DNA of 64,000 nucleotides. It comes from Chloroflexota bacterium (GTDB taxonomy: Bacteria; Chloroflexota; Dehalococcoidia; SM23-28-2; RBG-16-64-32). The stretch is taken from contig DAINDD010000005.1 in the NCBI GenBank assembly GCA_036732045.1, positions 11,710 to 75,709 on the forward strand, read 5' to 3'. Made by a program: the position numbers and the translations under genes. This document shows, one piece after another, positions 19,287-27,712 of the stretch. The notes beneath the pieces are model-generated. The model saw only the letters and a list, made by a program, of their open reading frames with translations, ran no database searches and was not told the DNA's origin. How positions within the stretch are numbered: position 1 is the first letter of the stretch; the number at the start of each line of letters is the position of its first letter.

Positions 19287-20037
19287 TGGCGTGCGATTGA
19301 CCTCCGTCAACGACGATCGTGGCGCCGGTGACCCACGAAGCCTTCGGCGAGCAGAGGAACACGACAACGGCCGCGACTTCCTCCGCTGTGCCGAAGCGGC
19401 CGAGCGGAATGTTCTGTTCAACGAAGCGGGCCATGCCTTCCGGGTCTTCCTGCTGGCGCCGGTACCAGGTCCCGGCAGGATGGCTGATCGAGCCGGGCGC
19501 GACGGTGTTGACACGGATGCCGTCCGGGGCGAAGGCCCGAGCCATCGCCTTGGCCTCGCTGATCAGTGCCGCCTTCATCGCGTTGTAGGAGGGCTGGCCG
19601 CCGGCCTCCTTGCCCCAGATCGACGACAGATGCACGATCGAGCCGCCGCCAGCCTCGCGCATCTGCGCCGCGACGAGCCGTGCCAGCCGCACCGCCGGTA
19701 GCAGCAGGACCTCGAACGATTGGCGCAACGCCTCGTCCTCGAAGCCCGGGGCCGAGAAATGGAGGCTCGTGACCAACGCGTCAACGCGTCCGAAGCGTTC
19801 GACAGCGGCGTCGACGAGACGTACACAGGCGGTCTCTTCCGTCAGGTCGGCGGCCACGGTCAGTACCTCTGCACCGGCAGCCTCCACCTCGCGTACAGCA
19901 TCGCGCAGTGTGGTCTCCTCGCGGGCGGCCATGACGACGCGGGCGCCCTCGCCGGCCAGCAACAGCGCGGCCGCCTTGCCGATCCCACGCGAGGCGCCGG
20001 CGACGATCACTACCTTTCCGCTGAGACCGAGATCCAT
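19279..20037 (-). CDS. SDR family oxidoreductase
   Basis: GKVVIVAGASRGIGKAAA glycine-rich motif. Confidence 0.85.
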   Translation of the reverse strand: MDLGLSGKVVIVAGASRGIGKAAALLLAGEGARVVMAAREETTLRDAVREVEAAGAEVLTVAADLTEETACVRLVDAAVERFGRVDALVTSLHFSAPGFEDEALRQSFEVLLLPAVRLARLVAAQMREAGGGSIVHLSSIWGKEAGGQPSYNAMKAALISEAKAMARAFAPDGIRVNTVAPGSISHPAGTWYRRQQEDPEGMARFVEQNIPLGRFGTAEEVAAVVVFLCSPKASWVTGATIVVDGGQSHANA

Positions 20038-20107
20038 CCTGACTCACATGCGCACAACGCGCACTATCGTAGCAAATCCTTCGGGAGCCTCAGGATCGGC
20101 CTGGGGA

Positions 20108-22030
20108 TTAGATGCGGTCGCCAACAGGGAGGCAACCGGTGGGCAGTGGTATCTGGTTGGCGCCCGATAGCTTGATCAGCACTACGAGCACGTCTCGCGC
20201 TGTGATGGAGCCGTCGCAGTCGGCGTCAAGAAACATGTGGTCGCCGATCGCCGCGCCGATGCTTGGGCAGTCGTCCGGGGCCGGGCCGCGTTCCCTGAGC
20301 GCCAGGTAGTCCAGAAACTGCATTACATCGGTCTCGGTCACATAGCCGTCGCAATTGATGTCGCCCTGCCTGGGCTGAGGCCCAGCCGTCGGTGTCGGGG
20401 TTGGCGTCGGGACCGGCGACGGCGTGGGAGTCGGTGAAGCTGTTGGCGTGATGACGGCATGGAGCAGATAGCAGGCGGAGAACTCGGAGCTGCTCTCAGG
20501 GTCGGAGGCGGACATCGTGAGATAGACGTCTCCGGTAAGTTCGACGTTGTAAAAATTGCGGTTGAAGGTGTCCGAGGCAATAGAGGCGTTGAAGCCCAGG
20601 CTGCCCAGGAAATACCTGCCTTCGCCGTAGCCGCTCGGATCGCAAGCGTCGTTCCAGAAGAAGAACATGTTGTAGTAGTGGCCGGGATAGGTGTCCAGCG
20701 TGCCAAAAATCGTTAGCGTCGAGCCGTCGTAAGTGGCACCGGCAATGACCGGATAGTTCATAAGCCGGTTCGGACCCGTCGCGCTGTTCCCGTCGGTGCC
20801 ACCGTCGGCGTCCGGGCAGGTCGCCGGGTTTGAACCGGGGACGCAGGGAGGGGTGCCGTAGTCGTTCGGGAGCACCTGGCCGTCATCGTAGATGTCCACG
20901 CCCAAGCCACCGTTAGAGTACGTGAAGTTTGGGTCGACGTAGTTGTCCGGGCCGGCCGAGGCGGCCAGACCGACGCCGGCCCATGTGTTGTAGGCGATCG
21001 TGTTCTCTTCGCCGACGCTGAAGGCGCCACCGATGGTGTTATCTGAGGCGTCTTGCGATAGGTAGACGCCGTCATGCCCGTTCGGCAGCGGCGTCTCGCC
21101 GTCTCCAGCTACGCCGATGTAGTTGCCCTTGACGTTCATGTGGGCGCCCCCCGAGGTGGATATGGCAATGCCGTTGGCGGCGTTGCCAGAGACGAGGTTG
21201 CCGCCGTTGGAAACGCTGCCGCCGATCGTGCTTCCTGATCCCATAACCGTCCCGCCACCTCCCTGCATGTCGATACCGCTGGCGCCGTTCGGGAGGGCCT
21301 GCAGCCCTGTGACGTCTGTGCCGATAAAGTTACCCTCGATGTCCGACGGGGTGCCGCCGGTGACAGAGATGCCAGCGCCGGTGTTAGCGGAGATCAGGTT
21401 GCGCTTCGCGGGCTCGCCGCCACCTATGGCGTTGCCTGGCTCGCTGCTGCGAAGCGAGATGCCGAGGCCGTTGGGGCCTGCCGTTACGCCGTCCGGCAAG
21501 ACGCCGATGTAGTTGCCCACGATCGTGGCACTCGTGGCGAACGTCGCCACCTTGATGCCGTAGTCCGCGAAGTTTACGAAGGAAATGCCTTCAACAGTGA
21601 GGTTGTCGCTGGAAAGCCAAAGTCCCCACCGGTTGCCGGAGGTTAACTTGTCGCCGTTAAGGACGATCTGGATGTTGGCGTTGCCGGGCTGCATCGCGGC
21701 GGCCGAATTGGGGTGGGCACCCGGCTGCGAATAACCGTCGATCGTCAGGGCGTTCTTCGAGATGATCGCGGGCAGTTCGCTTCCCGTTGGTTCGATAACG
21801 TGCTGGCCGGAGCCGAGGATGTTGAACTTAATCGTGTCGCCGGCCTGGGCCGCATTGATCGCCTCCCGGAGAGTGCAGTCCTGGGGAGTGCAGTTGCCGT
21901 CATCGTGATCATCGGCCGTCGTAACGACGACGTTACTGGCTGCGGCGTCCTGCCTGCTCGCGCCGCCGGCTACGGCGAGTGCGAGAACTACGATCAGCAA
22001 AGCGGTGGCGGGCGAGAAGGCGTTGCGCAT
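20108..22030 (-). CDS. secreted right-handed parallel beta-helix repeat protein with C-terminal dockerin-type domain
   Basis: Signal peptide, then conserved N-terminal CTLREAINAAQAGDTIKF motif and long Gly/Asn-rich beta-helix repeats. A PT-rich linker (TPTASPTPTPSPVPTPTPTPT) leads to two dockerin-like Ca-binding repeats (GDINCDGYVTETD ... DADCDGSITARD). Confidence 0.75.
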   Translation of the reverse strand: MRNAFSPATALLIVVLALAVAGGASRQDAAASNVVVTTADDHDDGNCTPQDCTLREAINAAQAGDTIKFNILGSGQHVIEPTGSELPAIISKNALTIDGYSQPGAHPNSAAAMQPGNANIQIVLNGDKLTSGNRWGLWLSSDNLTVEGISFVNFADYGIKVATFATSATIVGNYIGVLPDGVTAGPNGLGISLRSSEPGNAIGGGEPAKRNLISANTGAGISVTGGTPSDIEGNFIGTDVTGLQALPNGASGIDMQGGGGTVMGSGSTIGGSVSNGGNLVSGNAANGIAISTSGGAHMNVKGNYIGVAGDGETPLPNGHDGVYLSQDASDNTIGGAFSVGEENTIAYNTWAGVGLAASAGPDNYVDPNFTYSNGGLGVDIYDDGQVLPNDYGTPPCVPGSNPATCPDADGGTDGNSATGPNRLMNYPVIAGATYDGSTLTIFGTLDTYPGHYYNMFFFWNDACDPSGYGEGRYFLGSLGFNASIASDTFNRNFYNVELTGDVYLTMSASDPESSSEFSACYLLHAVITPTASPTPTPSPVPTPTPTPTAGPQPRQGDINCDGYVTETDVMQFLDYLALRERGPAPDDCPSIGAAIGDHMFLDADCDGSITARDVLVVLIKLSGANQIPLPTGCLPVGDRI

Positions 22031-22039
22031 TAGGTCGTC

Positions 22040-22500
22040 AAGCCCGGCGTCTGAACCAGGCGCCGACCCTGCAATTGAAGATACGCGACTGGCCCCTAAA
22101 GGTCACGCGTTACTGCTGGACGATAGTCACCGTATCGCCGACTTGAAACCAAAATCCCGCCGGAGTGGGCGTAAGTAGCACGGCAAAGATCAGGTCAGAC
22201 AAGGCGTCGGTAGGGTTGACCGGGCCGCCGCAATTGTTATCGCCCCACGACTGGATCGCGCCGTTTGCCAGCGCGGGATCGCCGACCGCTTGCTAAGTGC
22301 CGCCCGGAGAATTGTCGCGCCGACTCCCGCGATGGGTGAGGATGCGGCCGCGTCGTCGGCGGCAACGAGAGGTCGTCGCAGTTCAGGTCCCCCGGACGCG
22401 CTGCTGGCCGGTTGGCGTCGCGGTCGGAGAGGTCGGCGGTACTAGCCGAGAAACGCCGAGCGACGGTTGTACTTGAACGCGTCGACAGTCCGAAGAAGCG
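22040..22500 (-). pseudogene. decayed dockerin-like ORF fragments
   Basis: Minus-strand frames give PGDLNCDDL... and, after a frame change, WGDNNCGGPVNPTDALSDLIFAVLL...FQVGDTVTIVQQ*. These resemble dockerin repeats and the C-terminus of the neighbouring 640-aa protein, but are interrupted by stops and frameshifts. Confidence 0.3.
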
Positions 22501-22569
22501 CACGAGATCTGTCCTTGCTGGTTGGGGAATGAAGTTCGCGGGAATCCATCAGAAGGGCGGACCGCTTCG

Positions 22570-23352
22570 CTATTCCGGCGGGCGGATCGGCTGCGGCCGC
22601 TCGCCGGCGGAAAAACGCTGCAGCCAGGCCGGCATCGCGGGGTCACCAAGCGAACTGCGGGTCGCCTCGATCTCGTACCGCAGCCCTTCGTCGATTGGAA
22701 AATCGAACGAGGCCAGCGCGGCGAGGCGGTCGTTCCGCATCGCCGTCTGCGGATACGTCGAGAGGACGCCGGCGACCTCCAGCGCCCGGTCCAGCGCCTT
22801 GCCCGGCGGCACGACCTCCTGGACCAGCCCCATGCGCAGGGCTTGGCCCGCTTCGATTAGTGCGCCGGTGATGATCAGGTAGAGCGCATTGCCCATGCCG
22901 ACGATGCGCGGCAGCCGCTGGGTGCCGCCGTCGGCCAAGGGGACGCCCCAGCGCCGGTTGAGTACCCCAAACTGCGCCGTGCGGTCGGCGATGCGGAAGT
23001 CGCACCAGCTGGCGAGCTCGAGGCCGCCGGCCGTGCAGTAGCCGTTGACGGCGGCGATCGTGGGCTTCCCGACATCCGTGATACGGGAGATGCCCATCGG
23101 GCCGGACTCGCCCACGCCGGGCCGTTCGGTCACCGTGTTCAGCGCTTTCAGGTCAGCGCCGGCGCAGAAGGCCGTCTCGCCCGCTCCGGTGAGGATCATC
23201 ACGTCGAGCGCATCGTCGGCCTTGAACGCCTCTACGGCTTTGTGCAGCAGACTCGCCGTCTCGCCGTCCACGCAGTTGCGGACGGGCGCGCGGTTAATGG
23301 TGACGACGAAGGCTCGGCTACGTCGCTCGGCCAGGACTTTTGGTGCGTCCAC
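22570..23352 (-). CDS. enoyl-CoA hydratase/isomerase family protein
   Basis: 260 aa crotonase fold (VVTINRAPVRN...LTGAGETAFCAGADLKAL). Confidence 0.85.
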   Translation of the reverse strand: MDAPKVLAERRSRAFVVTINRAPVRNCVDGETASLLHKAVEAFKADDALDVMILTGAGETAFCAGADLKALNTVTERPGVGESGPMGISRITDVGKPTIAAVNGYCTAGGLELASWCDFRIADRTAQFGVLNRRWGVPLADGGTQRLPRIVGMGNALYLIITGALIEAGQALRMGLVQEVVPPGKALDRALEVAGVLSTYPQTAMRNDRLAALASFDFPIDEGLRYEIEATRSSLGDPAMPAWLQRFSAGERPQPIRPPE

Positions 23353-23355
23353 AGG

Positions 23356-23865
23356 CTAGCCCGTCGCGCTGACGATGTCGTTGACATGGCCAGCGACGTG
23401 CATGACCGCGACGTAATTGAAGACGGTGCCGAGCGGGCCACTGGTGCCGCCGGCGCTCGTTACTTCTTGCAGGAACAGATCGTCGTCAGCCGCTTCGACG
23501 GCGGCGATGGTGGTGGCGCGGTTCTTGCGGAAGATCTCGAGCAGCTCTTCGGCGCTGGTGTCGGCGTAGCGTTCGATCGAGCGGTCGTTGTAGGAGTTGA
23601 TGCCGCCGCTTGCTGTTCGGGTAGGCGGCGAGGAAGGCTTCTTCTCGGTCGGAGCATCGGCATTGCGCGCCACCTCAATCAGCTTCGGGTAGGTCCATTC
23701 GATTGCGGTGATGTGGGCGAGGATCTGGCGTCCGTTCCAGCCGTTTTCGTAGCGGCCTTCTTCGAAGCGCTCGGCGGGGAGGCGGCTGAGTTTGTCGATG
23801 GTGTCCTTCTCGCCCTGGCGGAGGGCGGCGAGGAACTGCGGCTTGGTGATCGTCTCAGGTGCCAT
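23356..23865 (-). CDS. DinB family protein
   Basis: 169 aa with ILAHITAIEW and MHVAGHVNDI His motifs typical of the DinB/YfiT four-helix bundle. Confidence 0.55.
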   Translation of the reverse strand: MAPETITKPQFLAALRQGEKDTIDKLSRLPAERFEEGRYENGWNGRQILAHITAIEWTYPKLIEVARNADAPTEKKPSSPPTRTASGGINSYNDRSIERYADTSAEELLEIFRKNRATTIAAVEAADDDLFLQEVTSAGGTSGPLGTVFNYVAVMHVAGHVNDIVSATG

Positions 23866-23982
23866 ACGGGCCTCCTATCTGACTCTTACGCGAACGTGAG
23901 AGTAGCGGGCAGCGGACGATACTGTCAAGGGGTTGAACGCTGTAAAGGGCGCGCCCCTACTGCGTTTCGTGAGGCCGCTGGT

Positions 23983-25002
23983 CTACGTCAGCTTCATCTC
24001 GCTGCTGTGGCCGGGGAACATGCGAGCGGTGGGGTCGATATGTGCCTTGCAGGCGTTGGCGGCGATGGCGGCGTGACCGAAGCCCGTCACGAGGAGATTG
24101 AGAGGGATGGAGCCCTGGACAGCGGCGATGTCGCCGGCCGCGAACACGCCCGGCAGCGTCGTCGCCATTAGCAGGTCGGTCTTGATGTGACGGTTGTCGA
24201 TCATCTCGAGCCCCCAGCCTTCGATCGCGCCGAGGTTCGCCTTGAAGCCGGTGCTGATCAGCACGATGTCGATGTCCAGCGTCCGCTCTTCGCCGCTGCG
24301 GTTGTCGTAGATCGTCGCCTGGGTCGGCGTCTGGCCGTCGCCGTCGATGCGCTTCAGCTCCCAGAAGGTCATTACGGGGATGTTCGTCATGGCCAGGGTC
24401 GCCATGCTGCCCTCGTGAGCACGGAACTGGTCGCGGCGGTGGATGATCGTGATGCTCTTTGCCCAGTCCTTCAGGTTGAGCGCCCAGTCGACGGCCGTGT
24501 CGCCGCCGCCGATGATCAGGATGCTTTTGTCACGGAAGGCCCGCTTGTCCTTCACGAAATAGTACACGCCTTGGTCGACATAATCGGCAACGCCCGGGCG
24601 ATCGAGCCGGTTGGGCTCGAAGGCGCCGATGCCGGCCGTGATGATGACGGAGCGCGTGAGGTGGGCGTCCGTCACGTTGCCGATGCGCCACACCTCCTCG
24701 CCTTCGAGTTGCTTGCGGGTCAGCGTCTCGATGCGCTGGCCCAGGACCATCGTCGGCTGGAAGAGGTGGATCTGCTCGATCAAGAGCTTGACGAGGTCCT
24801 TGGCCAGGACCTTTGGGTGGCCGGGCACGTCGTAGATGAACTTCTCCGGGTAGAGGACGGCCAGCTGCCCGCCGACTTCCGGCAGCGCTTCGATGATCTT
24901 CGTGCGCATCCCGCGCAGCCCAGCGTAGAAGGCAGCGAAGAGTCCGGTCGGGCCGCCGCCGATGATCGTCACGTCGTAAACTTCGGTCGTTTCGTCCGGC
25001 AT
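23983..25002 (-). CDS. ferredoxin--NADP+ reductase (thioredoxin-reductase-like FAD/NAD(P)-binding)
   Basis: 339 aa; VTIIGGGPTGLFAAFYAG FAD motif and second ILIIGGGDTAVDWAL NAD(P) motif. YumC-type FNR architecture without the TrxR CxxC. Confidence 0.8.
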   Translation of the reverse strand: MPDETTEVYDVTIIGGGPTGLFAAFYAGLRGMRTKIIEALPEVGGQLAVLYPEKFIYDVPGHPKVLAKDLVKLLIEQIHLFQPTMVLGQRIETLTRKQLEGEEVWRIGNVTDAHLTRSVIITAGIGAFEPNRLDRPGVADYVDQGVYYFVKDKRAFRDKSILIIGGGDTAVDWALNLKDWAKSITIIHRRDQFRAHEGSMATLAMTNIPVMTFWELKRIDGDGQTPTQATIYDNRSGEERTLDIDIVLISTGFKANLGAIEGWGLEMIDNRHIKTDLLMATTLPGVFAAGDIAAVQGSIPLNLLVTGFGHAAIAANACKAHIDPTARMFPGHSSEMKLT

Positions 25003-25098
25003 ACGTCACCTCACCCTCATATCGTACAGAGCCACGCGCTCAACGTCCCGTGTCGGCCGCGGCTTGACGGTTTCGCCGGTTCGGCGGAGCCTAGACGC

Positions 25099-25461
25099 AT
25101 GCCCGGCGAAAAAGTGGCATGGGACCTGGTGACGCGGACGGCGCCGCCCGTGCTGGCTGACTACGCCTTCGACTACATTGGCTACCGCAACGAAACCGGC
25201 GGTTTTCACCAGATCACGACGCCGTCCGGTGGCGTCGTAGTTATCCTCAACCTGGGCGACCCGTACCGCATCCAGAACGGCCTGGGGGCTGCCTCCGAGA
25301 ACTTCGATAGCTTTATCGCGGGCCTGAGCGATGTCCCCGGCTACGTCGAAGCGACAGGGCTCTCTGCCGGCGTCCAGGTGAACCTGACGCCGGTCGGCGC
25401 ACGGCTTGTACCGCCGCCCGCGAGCACGCGGGACGGTGGCACCACGCGCTCGACTGTATAG
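25099..25461 (+). CDS. hypothetical protein
   Basis: 120-aa frame (MPGEKVAWDLV...GFHQITTPSGGVVVILNLGDPYRIQ...) stays open across an otherwise intergenic stretch. Its TAG overlaps the GTG start of the downstream protease gene. Same frame as the spurious antisense ORF 24187..25461. Confidence 0.3.
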   Translation: MPGEKVAWDLVTRTAPPVLADYAFDYIGYRNETGGFHQITTPSGGVVVILNLGDPYRIQNGLGAASENFDSFIAGLSDVPGYVEATGLSAGVQVNLTPVGARLVPPPASTRDGGTTRSTV

Positions 25462-25826
25462 TGAGATCCATGGGAATCTTTAGCGTTCCAATATCCGTCG
25501 GCGACGAGACCGCCCAGCGATCCGAGGATATCGAGGCCATGGTGGATACCGGCGCCAGTAACACAACGCTGCCCGCCGAACTACTCGATCGCCTCGGCAT
25601 CCGGCCGCACCGGTCTGCGATCTTCGAGCTGGCCGAGGGGCGCGAGTTGGAGCTACCTATCGGGCGCGCCTGGGTGAGAGTCGATGGACAGCAGGAGTTC
25701 ACTCAAGTCGTCTTAGGTCCGCCGGGCAGAGGACCCCTTTTGGGCGCGATCACCCTTGAAGAGATGAACCTCGCGGTCGACCCGGTCGCCAAACGCCTCG
25801 TGCCCGTCCACCGATACCTGGCTTAG
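25461..25826 (+). CDS. retropepsin-like (clan AA) aspartic peptidase
   Basis: 121 aa with the VDTGAS catalytic Asp-Thr-Gly motif. Confidence 0.65.
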   Translation: MRSMGIFSVPISVGDETAQRSEDIEAMVDTGASNTTLPAELLDRLGIRPHRSAIFELAEGRELELPIGRAWVRVDGQQEFTQVVLGPPGRGPLLGAITLEEMNLAVDPVAKRLVPVHRYLA

Positions 25827-25836
25827 GCCGCCGCAC

Positions 25837-27393
25837 CTACAACCCTTCCATGTACTCCGCGATGGCGTCCAGGTGCACCTTCTGCACGGCGATCTCCGGC
25901 GCGTGCACGATCTCGTCGGCCGCCCAGACGATGACCGGCTTGCCCTCGCGCGTTACTCCGATGATGTTGTTCATTACGTTCATCAGGTTCTCGGTGATGC
26001 GCAGCGTGTTCGGCTTCACCGGCTCGGCGAGCTGGCCGTTGCGGATCACGTAGGAGTCGGCGACGACCGTACCGGTGAAGTCGCCGGCACGCATACCGTT
26101 GACCGGGTACGTATACCACAGCCGCCCGATGTAGACCCCGTTGCCGACGAGCTTGCAGACCGCGCTGGTGTCTGGTACGTCGCCGGGCAGCATCACGTTG
26201 GTCGGATGGATGCCGGGCTGGGCGTCGAAGTGACGTCCGCCACCGCGAGCGTAGCGGAACCCGTTGCGCGGGACGAACGCCTGCTTCCAGCCGTTGGGGT
26301 CGACGCCGAGCTTCTCCTTCGCGCCGGGGTCGCGCATGACGCGCTGCGACTCGTACCAGTTGGAGAGCAGGCCGACCAGCACGCCGTCCTTGATCAGCTC
26401 GGTGCGACCGGTCGGCAGGCCTTCGTCCGTGATCCCTTTCGAACCGACGAGCCCGCGAGCGGCACCGTCATCGACAATCGTCAGCTTGTCGGAGGCGACC
26501 TTCTGGCCGAGCTTGCCCATGAACGGCGAGGCCTGCGCGTAGAAGGTGCCGGCGTCCAGCCCGGGCATCAGGATGTAATGCAGGATCTCCATCACCGCCT
26601 CGCGGCCGAAGACGACGTTGTAGTCGCCCGTAGGCAGCCGCACGCCACCAACGCCGGCGATCGCGTTGTGCGCCGCCTCGCGCCCGGCTTCGTCGGTCAG
26701 GCCGGCCAGCGTCGTCGTGGCCGCGTAGCCCGACCCCTTGGCGCCCTCGCGCTCCACCATCGAGGTGATGAACGACATCACGAGCGTCGATTCGTCGGCC
26801 TGCACCTGCGGCATTGCCGCCGAGCAGATCGCCATGCGCTCCTGGATTATCGTCACGTCGCCGCCGATGATCAGGCCGAGCTCCGGCATCCTCTCCGGCC
26901 GCTCGACGAGCGTGGTCAGCGTCTCGGACGTCTCGAAGACGCGCAGGCCGCCGGCTAGGACACGCCAGCCGGTCTCGGACAGCGCTTCATCCTTGATGTC
27001 CATGATCTGCTGGTCGGCGTAGTCCGTCAGCGTGCGCTTTTCGCCGGTGGGCCGCGCGAGCGAGACGAACTCCGGGTCGTCCGATGCGCCCTGCCGCGCT
27101 TTGGCCAGCGCCGAGCGGACGCCGTCGAGGCTGATGTCGGAGGTTTCGGACCCGAAGCCGATGCGCCTCGCGTCGCCGACTCCTCCGAAGATGGCCTGCA
27201 CGCCGATCCCGTAGTTGACGACGGACTTCGGCTCCTCGACACCGTTGCAGGGGATGTGCGAGGTGTAGTTCAGCCGCGCCAGCAAGATGCCGTTGGAGGA
27301 TGCGTAGACCTCCGCCTCCTCGACGTCGTCTTGCTGCTTGAGGTATGCGAGGCCCGCTTCGACGGCGCGCTCGAGGTCATTCGTGGTGATCAT
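25837..27393 (-). CDS. TldD/PmbA family metallopeptidase
   Basis: 518 aa; TldD/PmbA N- and C-terminal domains. Confidence 0.85.
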   Translation of the reverse strand: MITTNDLERAVEAGLAYLKQQDDVEEAEVYASSNGILLARLNYTSHIPCNGVEEPKSVVNYGIGVQAIFGGVGDARRIGFGSETSDISLDGVRSALAKARQGASDDPEFVSLARPTGEKRTLTDYADQQIMDIKDEALSETGWRVLAGGLRVFETSETLTTLVERPERMPELGLIIGGDVTIIQERMAICSAAMPQVQADESTLVMSFITSMVEREGAKGSGYAATTTLAGLTDEAGREAAHNAIAGVGGVRLPTGDYNVVFGREAVMEILHYILMPGLDAGTFYAQASPFMGKLGQKVASDKLTIVDDGAARGLVGSKGITDEGLPTGRTELIKDGVLVGLLSNWYESQRVMRDPGAKEKLGVDPNGWKQAFVPRNGFRYARGGGRHFDAQPGIHPTNVMLPGDVPDTSAVCKLVGNGVYIGRLWYTYPVNGMRAGDFTGTVVADSYVIRNGQLAEPVKPNTLRITENLMNVMNNIIGVTREGKPVIVWAADEIVHAPEIAVQKVHLDAIAEYMEGL

Positions 27394-27411
27394 GTGTTGT
27401 CTCCTCAGATC

Positions 27412-27675
27412 CTAAGGAACCCGCCCGGTAACTGTTAGCTGGTAGGTTCCATCAGTTTTCCGTGGCCTCAATCGATATGCCGTGATACCGATCTCCTCCC
27501 AGTCCTGGGCAGCGACAAGAAGGAGACGCGCAAGGTGAACAGGTTGATCTTTCGACAATCCGATACCCACCGTCTTGAGGTTGGTGACAGTCCTCCGCGT
27601 CGCCTCGGTAGGATAGACGCTCAGGCACCTCGCATTAATGTCGAGCCTAACTTGGGCAGTTGACTTTAGAGGCAT
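27412..27675 (-). CDS. small hypothetical protein (87 aa)
   Basis: ATG preceded by strong AGGAGGG RBS (tacAGGAGGGtccatATG). Lies in a ~320-bp lower-GC spacer between the aldolase/SDR gene and TldD paralog 1. Translation: MPLKSTAQVRLDINARCLSVYPTEATRRTVTNLKTVGIGLSKDQPVHLARLLLVAAQDWEEIGITAYRLRPRKTDGTYQLTVTGRVP. The listed ORF extends to a GTG at 27738; my hand count of line 27661 disagreed with the ORF track by one base, so I used the track frame. Confidence 0.4.
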   Translation of the reverse strand: MPLKSTAQVRLDINARCLSVYPTEATRRTVTNLKTVGIGLSKDQPVHLARLLLVAAQDWEEIGITAYRLRPRKTDGTYQLTVTGRVP

Positions 27676-27712
27676 ATGGACCCTCCTGTATTCAAGAATG
27701 GTACTCCACGCT

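Noticed and set aside
24187-25461. 424-aa plus-strand ORF
   Set aside because: Most of it is antisense to the FNR gene. Only the 3' 363 nt (25099..25461), which lie in intergenic DNA, were kept as a low-confidence CDS.
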